A stretch of DNA of 64,000 bases from Bigelowiella natans CCMP2755 (lineage: Eukaryota > Protista > Cercozoa). A program made the position numbers and the translations under genes. Positions 23,363-36,979 of this stretch are shown piece by piece. The stretch covers positions 53,270 through 117,269 of the forward strand of contig ADNK01001958.1 of assembly GCA_000320545.1 (NCBI GenBank), written 5' to 3'. Position 1 is the first letter of the stretch. Every line of letters starts with the position of its first letter. The notes beneath the pieces are model-generated. The model was not told the origin of the DNA. It saw only the letters and a list, made by a program, of their open reading frames with translations, and searched no databases.

Positions 23363-24187
23363 TTATGTTCTTGAGGCTTCAATTGCTAGAAGTAGCAGGG
23401 CAGCTCCGTCTATAGATGACACCGTTGAATCATCTTCAATACTCTTCGCAAGTCTGCTAGTTTGTTGCTTCGATTTAGGTGTTTTGGGAGAAGGGCTTCG
23501 GGAATGGTAAACTAGCTCGCTGGACGAAGACAATTGAGAATAACATTTAGAAATGGAAATAGAAGATTGTCCTGTAATTTGAGATGAGGTTTTGGAAAGC
23601 TTAGATAGATTTCGAAGTTGGGCAGATGTAGTCGCATATCTTGGAGCATCCTGCGAATGCTTTAATCTTTTCCTCTTGCGCAGATGCTCCCTCTGCATTT
23701 GTGTTCTTTCCCGCGTTCGACAGTGACCCGGGTGCTTGAAGGGGCGGAGACAGCGTGGATTCCGGATACATGGTATGCCTTGATGTTTGTTCAGGTTATC
23801 TGCCAGCGCTTTTGGCCTTCTTATCCTCGCTGCTTGCCCGTTTGGAGCGAACAGCTTCTTTGGCGGGACATATGGGACACAGCTTGTCTTGTGGACACCA
23901 TTCTCGAAACAACGTTGACACGGATTTCTATTCCCTGTTAGAGTGTTCGGGTTGCATCTAACTTTGCTAGTATGACAAAAGACGCAAGCTCGAGCGGCTC
24001 GATTTGAAACTTTCTTACGTTTTATTTTTACGCTATCTTTGACATCGGCTGAGAAAAGAGAATTCCCTTCCTCAAAATTAAATTGATGGACCAGGTCGTT
24101 ATCTTGGCTGCTCATACTGCCCTCATAGCTATTTCCTCCTTCATCGCTGCTAGTATTTTCTTTTACTCTAAGCTTTACGTTTCCCAT
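23363..24187 (-). CDS. Zn(II)2Cys6 binuclear-cluster transcription factor, 274 aa, single exon
   Basis: ACVFCHTSKVRC...PCQRCFENGVHKTSC pattern preceded by the basic KIKRKK; second motif CIRNPRCLRPFKHPGHC; NLS-like RKRKR; Ser-rich tail. Confidence 0.88.
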   Translation of the reverse strand: MGNVKLRVKENTSSDEGGNSYEGSMSSQDNDLVHQFNFEEGNSLFSADVKDSVKIKRKKVSNRAARACVFCHTSKVRCNPNTLTGNRNPCQRCFENGVHKTSCVPYVPPKKLFAPNGQAARIRRPKALADNLNKHQGIPCIRNPRCLRPFKHPGHCRTRERTQMQREHLRKRKRLKHSQDAPRYATTSAQLRNLSKLSKTSSQITGQSSISISKCYSQLSSSSELVYHSRSPSPKTPKSKQQTSRLAKSIEDDSTVSSIDGAALLLLAIEASRT

Positions 24188-25764
24188 CTGAATAATGTCT
24201 CCTGGTCGCAGATCCGTCTAGGAATCGGAACACGGATTAGGGTTATAGAGAGCTTGAACAGGCTCAGCATGGGAAAAAAAAATTCAAAAAATTCTCTATT
24301 TTGCATGTCGTGCATGATGTCGAGCAAACATGAGAGAGTACCTGTATATCTGGAAGAAGAGGCTTGTTGTTGACAAAAGTCCCGTTAGTACTTTTGTCCA
24401 ATATCTTTCCATTTTCAATCTCGCAATGTGTACGAGAGATAAGTTTTCCACCTAAAATAAAAGAATAAGCATGCCAAGCTATGAAAATCTCGTTGTAGAT
24501 AATTAAATCAATGAATCACTGTAAGTGCAGAAATGATGCTCGGAAGGACATCCTGTGATCGGGAATAATCGGAAGGGAGGCAATTACGGATAACAATGTC
24601 ATTCTTGAACTGACGGCCGATGGAAAGGTGGGCATCCGCTAGATCGTAACGTTTGCCCTCCCATTCGAGGATCATTCCTTCTCGAGGCGAGAAAGCAACC
24701 CCTTTGTTAGAAAGTTTGAAGTTCCAGATCACTCTCCCGGCCTTTCTGAGTCCGGGACTTCAGGCTCGAATACGACACTCACCTTCAAATGTGCTCCCGA
24801 ATGATGAAAGCGACTTGGATTTTTTCCTGTCTCATCAAACAGATCACAATGACTCATACATGTTCCTGGAAATGTAGCTCATAATTTCCTTCTAAAGTTC
24901 CTGACTAGATTCGAGTTCCAGAGTCAGGGCTTTTTGAGGAATTTGCCAGTGTTTTGGTCGGGTATACCTTAAAATACTAGCATTTTGTTTCGGAACTGTG
25001 AACAAATCTTGCTTCCTTTCGATTAACTTCCTTGAAAGGCTTGATGTCGCTTGCAAAAATAACTAAATAATTCGCGTTACAGTAGATCTAGATCTATTCC
25101 AGGATTCTATCCTTTCTCTCAAGTTATCTCTCTCACTTTTCTCTACGAACACGTAAAACACGGTCTTTGATCGCAAGATAGATCTACTTGCAAGAAAGAG
25201 GAAGAGTAGGAGAAAGAGAGATCGAAACGATATACCCAGTCAAAGAGTGCAGTGAAAGAGAGAATAAAGAGACAACTGGAAGAGACAACACATCTTCTTG
25301 CGAACCGGAGAAGGAAAGTATCCGTACTCTACACTCTACAGGCTGTACTCGTAGCTGCTAGTACAAGCTCTACAAAAGCCGAGAAGGCTATTTTTGCAAG
25401 TCTTTTTGCCAGATCGAATTCATAAAAGTGCAAGTTTGTAACGGCGTTGACTTTCCTCATGAAACATGACTGATAACGGAATTTACGCAGAAGCCTCGCA
25501 TATTTCCTTGAACAACAGATTTGGAGGACACTTTTAAATCTCATTTGTGAGATCTAAGATCATTGAGAACACGAGACATTTTTAAAAACACGGGAATACT
25601 TGTTGTCGCTGTCAGCATAACCTATCAGTTTAGAAATTTATAGGATAAGCTGTGGCTCTCTCCTAGAAATCTGGTCCTGTTACTACCCGGGGACTACACA
25701 TTTCATGGCTTCCGTGTGTTGACGAGCTTGGTTTCTTTGGATTGATCAGCTCCATTCTGTTCTA

Positions 25765-28072
25765 ATGGAGGCGCTGTGCCCCTACCTGTGGCTGTTTCAG
25801 AAGAGCAATGGGAGCACCAGATCGCGTAGCGTAAATATTTTGCTTTTTCTTTCGCTTACTCACTGCTACTTCATATTCTGTGTATGTATTTAGATGGAGA
25901 AGATGGCGACGATGAGGAGGCGCTTACGACTGCAATGCAAAAGAGGACACGCGCTATTCATGATATATCTGATAAGGTCTATTCCTGACAAATAGATTCA
26001 CAAGCACGACAAGGCTCTACTTTTCCACCTTCTTCTATCTCACTCCCTCCTCGCATCCCCCCCATTCGTTGCCAGCTTGTAAACGCAAAGTTACTAATGG
26101 CATTCTCTGACCGCAAGGTAAGCCACACAATATCAGAGGATCGATATGGATTCAACCAATCAGTATGAATTTCGCTGATGCCACCGCTTGTTCCCGATTT
26201 TAACAAACACAGGCCTATGGAGATGCCGTTTCTCACTTTTACTACATATTTGATGCTATTGAAAGACAGCTGGCACTGAACAAAGTCGTACTTAGACGAA
26301 ATGGGGAACCCACATTATAGATATAAAAAAAAGAATAATAGATGAGAAAGAGCAATGCAGTAGACTGTTATTGTCATTCGAGCAAGCTAGCTATTCATAC
26401 AGTACGCAGAAAGGTTGTTGTCATCTTTTCCTTTATATATATATTTTCTCATTTTGTTCAATCGTCGATACGGTTCGATGAAATCACTCTATTTCGACGC
26501 ATCAATTTGGACAGCACGAGAACGGTTTAAAAGAAATCGCCGCTTTTCTGTCGATAATGAGCCGCGCAGAGCGAATGAAGCGCGATTTGCGCTACTTTCT
26601 CGGCGCCGATTGGAAACCTGGTGAAACAGATGCCGTACACACTCTAAATAACTCCCGAAGAGAAGGAAGTTGATTGTGCTAAAAATCCCATCTAAATATC
26701 GTCTAGACATCAAATCGATGCCAGTGTCTGTGCGGGAATACGTTGCATACATTGAGGAAGTATCTCGCGAGAGGTTTGTCAACAACATCGTTCTCATATT
26801 TGTCAACAACATCGTTCTCATATTTGTCAACAACATCGTTCTCATATTTGTCAACAACATCGTTCTCATATTTGTCAACAACATCGTTCTCATATTTGTC
26901 AACAACATCGTTCTCATATTTGCCAACATCTCAGGGCCAACCTACCTTCCACTGCAAACTTGTCATATTGCTCATACCCTATAACCTATGAAGTTGTGAT
27001 TGTAATATTACGATGGTTGGTATTATATGAAAGGCCGATATGCCTCCTACCTTACGTGTATCACAACTGGATGGCGATCCTCGCAGGAGGACAGGTTACG
27101 ATATCACACACCACTTGCAAGGAATCCAAACTACTCGCATCCATGCTTTTGATGAATTCCACGGCACCCATGCCCCTGTTGTAGTCATATTTAGCTTTTA
27201 GACAAATTTTCCCTCACACCTTTCTTTTCTTTCTGTTCCAAGCACTTAACGCCTCTTTTCTCCTGCCTCTTCATCTTCGTAGATAATAAGAAGGCTGGCG
27301 ACACATGGGATGAGCTTGCCCCATGGCAAGGGCGTATCGATGTTTGCATTTGATGGAGGTACCATTAGTGCGCTCACTGATTGGGCAATCATATAAAAAT
27401 CAAGTGGATCTAATTTTTCTAGAATGGAGAGAGTAGATTTTTAACTACGGGTGTCTACTATTGAAGCTTTGTCACTCGTATTTTGACCACACCTTCTCTG
27501 ATTTTAGAAACGCGTGCGTCACTAAAGCGGCGTTTCAAAGACTCTGTGTGCTCTATCAAACTTGGTGATGCTCTTTGTGCATAAGCAAATGCTGTTGGAT
27601 TTGTAGATTGGTGAACGATTTGTGGTGAGTAGGATGAATAGTGACTAAAAAAATATCACATGGTCAAATAATAATCGCCATATAGCTCTAATTGCTGTTT
27701 ACAAAGCAGACGCGGAGACACGAAAACAAGTTCTAGATGAAAGCACCAAGGTGAAGGGAGGGTCAAGAGAAGTTGTTTAATTTTTCGTTTACTTCTTTCA
27801 TTGCACGGATATCACTAACACGAAGCCTGAATGAATCTCTTCACTCCGAGTAAGGAAATTAGTGATGCATCCGTCAATTATTCTAATCATAATCGAGTTG
27901 TTCGGCCTCACAGGTCTTTGTTCAAAATAATTCGGTGATCCGCATGGCGCGTATGAGAATTTCTACATTAGCTCAAGCAAAGGCCATCTGTAAGTGTGGT
28001 ACAATGCTAGCCGGTGTTGTAGCTGGAACGATGATTTTAATAGCTGGAGTAGCACATATAGTTATTTCATGA
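25765..28072 (+). CDS. HO: Heme oxygenase with C-terminal membrane anchor (multi-exon; start uncertain)
   Basis: Exons read as ALTTAMQKRTRAIHDISDK|LVNAKLLMAFSDRK|AYGDAVSHFYYIFDAIE|RMKRDLRYFLGADW|VREYVAYIEEVSRE|RPICLLPYVYHNWMAILAGGQ|...DESTK|VFVQNNSVI plus a hydrophobic tail. The proximal His and distal GGQ helix are present. Confidence 0.88.
26775..26930 (+). repeat. 24-bp minisatellite, 6 perfect units plus a partial unit, intronic
   Basis: TTTGTCAACAACATCGTTCTCATA x6, starting at the GT donor of a heme oxygenase intron. Confidence 0.95.
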
Positions 28073-28683
28073 AATTGTAATTATTCGCTGATTATTCGCT
28101 GATAGTTCGGCACTCCGCCCTCATTAAATACTCGCATCAGCGACAACTACAGTACGTAGATGTGCGTGTGTGTAGGCTAGCGTGCTCTACACCCCGTATG
28201 CAAAGTGCAAGCATGTGTGTAGCGTTCGCAGTAGTTGCGACAGTAGGCAAGCAATGGCACAGTTATTATGGCAATGTATTTTTCTTCACATTAATTTTTT
28301 GCATGTTAGTATTGCTGGCAGTGCATGTTAGTCATGTATCATTACGACTTTTTTGGAAAAAATTCTATGTGATGTTTCATTGGATTGTGCAGATGTGCCA
28401 TCAGTGTTGCAATAGCCTATTTGATTCATTGGATACAAATGTGAGCTTCATGCAATTTAAGTCAGCAGTTTTTAATGGCCAACATCTTCGCATGTGACAC
28501 ATAATATTTGAACAGTTTATTTCCATGCATTTCCTTCATTTATTCTCATGCAAGTATCCGGAAGGCACGCAATACTACAGCGATGCATGCATGTATTGAA
28601 AATTCATTTTATGGATATGAGAGACTACTCTGTGGCCTCCTTGCTCCTGTATTGCTACGACTAGGCGAGCGATGGACTAGACA

Positions 28684-30295
28684 TCATGTAAACGCAAATC
28701 GAAAGGTCGGTACGCCAACCTCCCTTTCCACAGTGCTCCCTTCAATTCCCATTGACAATGTGCTCCGAACCTCATGTGGGAATGGGGCTAGTAAGATGTT
28801 CTGCGACGGCTGGAACATACTTTGACTTTTCCTCTGCGCTTTTCCGTCGTCACGCAAAGGACAGCAAAACTTTGGTGTAGAATTCTCGCCACAACCGCAG
28901 CAGGAGCAGCAGCAGCAAAGAGAGGGTAAATAAAGATAGCATCGTCGCAGCATCCACCAAAAGCCAAGGGTGACTCCTATGGAGGATTTCAAACAGAAAA
29001 ACAAATATATGAAGCGGCACTTATACGACGAAATGATTCTATGTAATTTTGTGTGATTACGTATCAAAATAACATCATCACGTAACACAACTACTACTGC
29101 TACTACTGCTACTTCTACCAATGGCGGTGAAGGATACGCAAGCCCATTCCAACGTTTCGTCTAGAAATGGCCAATGACCCTGGTCCTGGAAAGGCCACGT
29201 TGAAGAATAAGTCAGCTCAAGTGAATTATATGAGAAGCCATCATCAATATAAGGTATCAGGACTACACACGTCATCATGAATACAAGGGGGCATAAAGAC
29301 ACACGTTGTCGTCGTCGTGATCATCATCTTAAAAACATCAGGAGGCACGTACTTCATTTGATGAGCACCACCCTGCGATTATGCCAAACCGCATAGCAAC
29401 TCCAGAAAGAAAGAGGCCAATACGATGACGAAGGGGAGCAGGAGGATAAGCAGCAGAAAGAGGTCGAGTCGCACACCCTCCTCCTCCTCCTCCTCCTCCT
29501 TCTCCTCCAACAGAGCCTCCACTTGCAGCATGAACGTTGGTAGTGCCGGTGCAAGTAGCATTTGGTGCCACCACCTTCTTTCCCAGCAACAACAAATCTG
29601 AAGAAGGTGGTGGTCGAGACCATTGTGGGTCTTGGGCGGAGAGAAGCACGATTTCTATCTCGTATGGAGCAACCCTCCTATCAGCAGCTTCCTCCTTCTC
29701 CTCCTCCTCCTTGTCCAACTTCCTCTCTTTTTCGATCTCCATCACCTCATCATTACTATAATCACCATCGTCCTCAATGTCTTGCCATTGCTGCTGCTCC
29801 TGCCTATGTTGTCGTCGCCTCATCAATGGAACCCATTTGCTTAGTCCTCGATGGAGTTGCTCCTTCTCCCTCTTCTTCTTCTTCCTCTTCCGGTGGAATT
29901 GATTGTTGTGTTGCGATTTACCATTACACTTGGTTCTTGACGGCATCATCAAGGATGATGGTGATGATGACGACGAAACAGCGCAGACCCTCTTCCAAAG
30001 CAAGTGCGTGACATCCACCACCTCCCATTCGCCGACACCAGAGGAGGAGGAGGAGGAGGAGGAGGAGGAGGAGGAGGTTTCGTTCTTGCTGCTGCTGCTA
30101 ATCGTGGTAACGATATTCTTCCTGGGAGCAACACGAATGGCGACCCCTACGAGGGTCTCTAATGATGATGAAGACGATGAAGATGATGAAGATGCCTCGA
30201 CTTGGCTTTCATCCAGCCGCTCGCTCCTCACTATACGGTAGCGCGGCAACCGAATCTGAAGAGAGGATGATACATGTGCGTGCGCTTGTATGATT

Positions 30296-30331
<36 letters not shown>

Positions 30332-31278
30332 AGCTGCCCATTGTTTTAGATGTATAAATAAGAGTAAAGGAGGAGGAAGAGGAGGAGGATGATGACGGTG
30401 GTGGTGGTGATGGTGGTGGTGGTAGATTCTTACCTGCGAGATGCAAACAGCTTGCTGTGATGACAACGACGACGATGACGATTTGACGCTGTATGATGAT
30501 GGCGAGGCTGGTGCTACTGGTGTTGGTGCTAGTAGTAGCCTAACACGCAGCTCTTCCTCCCACTCCTCCTCCTCCTCCTCCTCCTCCTCCTCCTCCTCCC
30601 CCTCCTCTCCTCTCCACCCCCTCCTCCTTGATAATGCACTACTACTATCGGCAGCGACGGGAACCATTTGGATTTGACGTGTAAAAAATGGGAGACGATT
30701 GTTGTCTTCTTTTGCGCTGCTATCCAGACTACTGCCTATGGATTCCCATCTTTTTTCATCTCTTCCTACTATTAATGTTTCTTCTTCTTTTTCTTCTTCT
30801 TCAGGCTGCTTGAGCCCTTCTATGCGAGTAGCTTTGGTTGTGAAGACCGCATTGTTATCTCCCGCCACAATGTTATAATATTCACCTCTACTACGGCTGC
30901 CAGAGGAATCATCGTTTGACGGGTAAGGAAATGCGTGTGAATGGACAACTGATGGTGACGACGACGACGATGACGACGATGGTGAAGACGAGGAAGATGA
31001 AGAAGGCGAGGACGCAAAGAACGAAGACCACCACCTGAGAAATTAATAATCATTAAAATTGTTGTTCTCTGGCCTAAAGAAATTCATTAAAAGTAGTGAA
31101 GTGGCGGAAAATCGTCAGGGTTGGAGTTCTGTGGTAGGATTTGTGTTCAGTGTTGTGAGATGTATATTTCTAAGGGATAAAGCAAAACCACCACCACCAC
31201 CACCACCACAAAACGGAGCAACAGCACATACATGCACCTGCATTGCTACCACTACCACTACATATGATTAATATTAAC

Positions 31279-31326
<48 letters not shown>

Positions 31327-33468
31327 TTAACAAGCCTGACCGGAGCGACAGGAAGCTGAAGGGTGAGGACGACGACGGTAGGGATGATGACGATGATGAC
31401 GATGATGACGATGATGGTGATGACGCATAGTTGTCACTTCTTTCCATGTTGCTGCTGCTGCTGCTGCTGCTGCTGGAGCGATGTTGACGAGCCGCTTGAG
31501 TGGAGGGAGTTGTGCTGCTGCTGCTTAGATTGAGGCACTTGGTAGGAGCCACGAAGATCATCCTTGAAGTCGAGAGAGAGCTTGCAGTGCTGCTGCAGCT
31601 GGTTCTTTTTTTGGTATAATCTGGTTCTACACTTTCAGGCCTCGTCGTCGTCGTCGTCATCATCATCCTAGCTGTGCTTGTGGTGGCTGTCCCGCTTTGA
31701 TGCTGCTGATTTGGGTTTATTATCAGATCCTCCTGCTGCATGTTCTTGTTGTTCTTCGAGACGACGACAGTCCAAGCTTCTGCAGATGCTGAGAGCTGCT
31801 CGAACGCCAGCAAGCTCCCGCCCTCATACCAATCCTTCACCGGGCCCTTGCGCCAGCTGTGGATCTTTCTCAGGTACTGTATCGTTACATAATATATAAC
31901 ATCATCATCTCACCATCATCGGAGGATAGTGTATCAACCCAAAATTTGTCAACAACTCTATTCAATACTCCTCCATTCCCTTACCCAAAAACTTAATGAA
32001 GAAGAAGAAGAAGAAGAAGAAGAAGAAGAAAGGGATCATTTGGATGAATGATGAAAGAATGGTGATGGCGGATGCCGAATGACTTCTATAACTCAAGATC
32101 TTTTTTATCATCAAAACTGGCATTTTCTCGCCTGATCATGCCAGCGTGGGTCATCCTCTCTTATCGCTTCGGCCTCGGGAGAAAGGAGGACTTTGTTAAC
32201 GAATAGAAATACGAACAGAAATAGCGCCAGCGAAATGAAGAAGAGAGACATGATGCCTAGACAAACGTCTCCCCCCCCCTCGCGCTTTTCTGGACGCTGT
32301 GCCTGATCGAAGTATGTCATCGGCGACATTAAGAATATTATCTCTTTTCAAACCAACTGTATTAGCACATACCAACCAGCACAGTGAAATTTTTGATGTC
32401 TGTTATTGTGCATTGGGGTGCTCTAATTTACTGCTACCAACCGGGAGGGTGCCGTAGTGAGAAGAGGGCAGGCTACTATGGGCCGACCACTCGACATTCT
32501 TTTCCTCCTGTACGCCCTCCATGATGTCTTCGGTATCATCGCTGAGAGTAGCAGTCCCTTGCCGGCTGATATACATCAAGCTCTCCTCAATGATATCGTC
32601 CTCGGATACATTGTCGGAGGTTCCATTCCGACTGCTGTAAAGAACTGTTCTCTAGGAGGGAGGATGATAAGGAACGGTAGGGACGTATGAACAGGAGGAA
32701 GATGGTGAGAAGAAGTAGCAGGGATTATCAGGAACGAAAGGGGTAGGTTAGCTATACTCCACCATAAATATATATGTAATGGATGAATATATAACGATGT
32801 CATGACCATCAATCTACCTCGTAGTCCCTTCCCCGATGCGGGAGACTAATGTCAGCATGGCGTCTCAGTGCATCCCACAAAGTCTTATTTCTCATCTCAA
32901 TCTCAGACATGTTGCAGCAGCAGCAGCAGCAGCCGATTCCAATGCCGCCGTTTCCGTAGTATGGACGACGACGACGATGACAATGATACGAATGAAGCCA
33001 AGATGAAAAAGATTTGAAGAACTAGAGAAGAAGAGAGGGCCACACCAATAATTTATTGCTTGACCCGCTCAGTTTGCTTCTAAGCTCTTCTTCGGATATG
33101 TTTGGCAGTGTAGGAAGGTGTGATGAGCGAATCAAACTGTATTTCTCCGGAGCTGATTAGTTATTATCCTAACACCTCCTCCCCACTTGTGTACAAACTT
33201 GAAGAAAAGAAAGGCAAGCCTTTCCTTAAGGAAAAGTAGTACCAAGGAAAGGGGGAGGGAAGGTCGTTCTCGTTCAACTCTTAATTCTTGGTTTCGCTGA
33301 TTTCGGTGTATGCAAACATCTAGGATATTTCCTCGATAATATTTTATCTAGAACACTATTCGAGCTGATCTTTTTGTCCTCAAATGACGAATGGATAGCA
33401 AGCCGAGGAGCAGCGACGACGACGCAGCCTTTTTTCCGATGACAGGAAATCGTCGAATCCAAGGGCAT
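28684..33468 (-). CDS. Large multi-exon gene of unknown function with low-complexity exons and C-terminal hydrophobic/Cys-rich segments
   Basis: Long same-strand open exons (29338-30249, 30420-30868, 31330-31875) separated by SSR-rich introns. No recognisable domain. Ends approximate. Confidence 0.4.
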
Positions 33469-34266
33469 TTTGCCGCTGAGACAACATATCTCAAAAAATT
33501 ACAGAAAGCAACGGAGGAGCTACTTCGTTTGTCCGCGCGCTTTTCGGGATAGGATTTATTGGGAAAACATCAACGTGCAATGGATGCTGGCAGCCTTTCC
33601 GATACATTTGTAAATCGCTTGTACATGTACCTTGCGACAAATATCTGGCACCCGTTTTGGATAATAAATTGGACAGTTCGAAGAACTTCGGGAGAGTGTT
33701 TAGGATAGGTAAATTTTAGATTGCGACAAACAAGATGTATGTCGTAAATGAGAGAACCGATAGCTTTGCTTGTCGCAGGCTAGGTTTCAATTCTCCCGAC
33801 AAAAATGGCAACTCCTTGCGCGACGACCTTGGGCCAGGCCTGACTCCGTGAACAACATTTTCATAAGTGATAATTCGAAGGTAGTCTAAAGCTCGATCAA
33901 TACGTCTGGCTGTGCTGCATATATATATCTATACGTAAGTTGAATTCATGCTTCTACGCCTTCATCTGTGCCGAATTTGGAAGGGATTTCAACGTTGTTC
34001 CCAGTGCGTGGACTCCACGCAATCAGGAGAGAATGAGTTTATTTCTCTGATGTGTTGTTGAACGACGTCCCACACTGAATTCCAGAGAATTTCAATACAC
34101 ATCTTACGCTTTTCTATGCTGTCGTGTGCGAACTTCTGTTGTTTCTCCAGACTCCATAGCCTTAAGGGGAGCTCGAGAGCTCAACAGTGACCCCTAAAAT
34201 AAGAACAAAACAGGACTTTTTACTAGCTGGGATCCGCCATCAGCACCACCACCTAATAAATCAGCA

Positions 34267-35915
34267 ATGCAAGTGTTCACCATAGAAGATCAAGCCATTC
34301 CCATCTCCGATGAAGGCGAATGCAAGAGGACAGACTCAGTGATGGACTTGTCTGAATACGTCCTTTTCGATCACATAGAAGATAGCGGCGGCAAAGTGAC
34401 AAAGCACGGTGAAGGGCGTCAGAGGTGAATACGAAGTTGTTGCTCTCTTGTTGTAGTTGTGTGGTAACAGCTTGTGCTGTTTTTGCTGCAAAGAGTTGCA
34501 ATCGTTATTGTCAATAATCTTTCTTTCTTCTACCCTGACAGGTCTCTCAGTAATCTGACCATGTGCGTGTGGCTTACGATAGCAATCGGTGTTGCCCTGA
34601 CGATTACAGCGACAGGCAGCAAGTCGCATCCATTTAGACATCGCGCTCATAACAAACTTCAAGCGAGCTTCTTCGAGATGGATGGAGGTTGTACACTGAT
34701 CCATTTTTATACTAAACACAGGGAGGGCGCACCACTTGCATGCGATGCCAATCGTCGTTATATTTTCTGTATAACTATGCAATTGTTTGATTTACTGACC
34801 TACCTCTTCCTATCTATCAATATTCTTGGAAGCGATGGTGATGATTCCTCTTGTCTGTAGATCCTTTCTCAGCCTTTTCCGAGCACCCATTCTTTGGCGG
34901 CGGAGGTTGTTTTTTATTAATACGATAGAACACATGAAATGTCCGTGATTTTGATATCTCACCGACAAATTCGAACCTTAAGCCAGTTGCAAGTGAACAT
35001 TGCATGGTCGCCAGTATAGAATCGTGTGTACCATCATGATTGTTGTCCTCCTCCCCCTGCTGCTCCTCCTTCAACAACATCACCATGATCTCAGGAGGAT
35101 TTCAGCAACCACCGCAGAAGCCAAAGGGCCCCGTAGACACGATGGAATTCTACAAGGTAGAAGAAGAAGATGAAGAAGAAGAAGAAGAAAAAGAGAGATG
35201 GAGGTAGGGGAAGATGTAAGAAATACTGCTGCGGTGGAACAGCTTGCTTTTTTAGATCTCTATAGGAGCGTGGCAAATTAATAGTGCTAGTTGATTGGAC
35301 GAATGTATGGTATGAGCATTATTACGATATAATGGAAATATTGATTGCCATGGACAACAACCAACCAGCGTCTTGGAGTTGCCAAAACTGCCACGAAGGA
35401 CGAAATTAACAGGGCGTACAGGAGACTTTCGATCAAGGTGATAAATAGATAAAATGAATGATGCCGCATGCAACAATATATCGTCTGTCTGCGGTCTGGC
35501 TTTGTGCGTTGGTAGGAACCATCACTCTCTTTCTAGTCATTTCTAACTCTCTTGTAGACATGATGAGTCATCTATGTGGTAGATAACCAGATGGTGATGA
35601 TGATGAAGACGACGATAATTAAATGTGTGTTGTGCTGTGCAAACAATCAAGATGCACCCTGACAAGGGCGGGGACCCAGTAAAATTTAAAGAGATTCACG
35701 AAGCTTACGAAACACTCTCAGGTATCATTGTCATAATCGCAAATATCATAGTCTGTTACCATCTAATGAGCTCCTCCCTCTCTCCCTATTCCTCCTCTAC
35801 TAGACAAGGACAAGAAGAAGATCTATGACAAGGGAGGAAAGGATGTAATATGAGCTGTTACCGGCGATGATGTTCTTTTTTCACGATTCATGCTATGTGT
35901 TCCAGTACTCTTACT

Positions 35916-35948
<33 letters not shown>

Positions 35949-36332
35949 ATTTATCTGTGTGTTTGTGTGGTTATATGCATATTGCTGATTTGGTGGAAAG
36001 ATGGTGTGAGTTCATATTCAATGTCGTGGTCATCGCACTCATCATTGCTCTTCTGATCTTGTGCTTCTTCTTCTTCTTCTTCTTCTTCTTCTTCTTCCTC
36101 CTCTTCTTTTTTCGCTTATTTGCCATCATCATCATAATTCAGGCATTAGAGGAAGCTAAGATGAACCCGATGCTTAATCAGAACAAGTCGATATATAATG
36201 ATGATAATAGATTATGATGATGATGACGACGAAGAACAACGATCATTATGAATGAGGAAAATAATGACCAGTGCTACTTTGACACTAAGGAAACAGGATT
36301 TACTCAGTACACCTATTGCTTGTCAATTCTTA

Positions 36333-36375
<43 letters not shown>

Positions 36376-36533
36376 GTGTGTGTGTTTGTGTGCGCTTCTT
36401 ACTACGACATAGACGGCAGCGAAAGATGCCAACACTGACGCACAAACTCAAGGTACCACCACCACCACCATCACCACCAGCAGCAGCAGTCTTCTATTCG
36501 CTTCAACACAATTAGTAGTAGGAAAATATGAAC

Positions 36534-36577
<44 letters not shown>

Positions 36578-36593
36578 CACACACACACAAACA

Positions 36594-36649
<56 letters not shown>

Positions 36650-36940
36650 AGAGAGAAAGGGGGGGGGGGGGAAGGGGGAGACTCATGTCCAGTATATCTC
36701 CTCCTCCTTGTTGTTCTTGTTGTTCTTTTTGTTTCCTCCTACCAACTTCCTTCCTTCCTTTCCTGCTTCCTGCTCCTCAATCATCGTGTCTTCATCACAT
36801 CCTCCTCCTTCTCCTCCTCCTCCTTCCCCTCCTCCTCCTCCTCCCTTACAGGTTCAGTTGGAGGATGTCTTCAACGGGAAAACAAAGAAGATTGCTCTCA
36901 GGCGTACAGGGCTCTGTGATGAGGTAAATGGATGGCATTA

Positions 36941-36979
<39 letters not shown>

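Noticed and set aside
26775-26930. CRISPR-like array
   Set aside because: Units are head-to-tail with no spacers, the context is a eukaryotic intron, and there are no cas genes.
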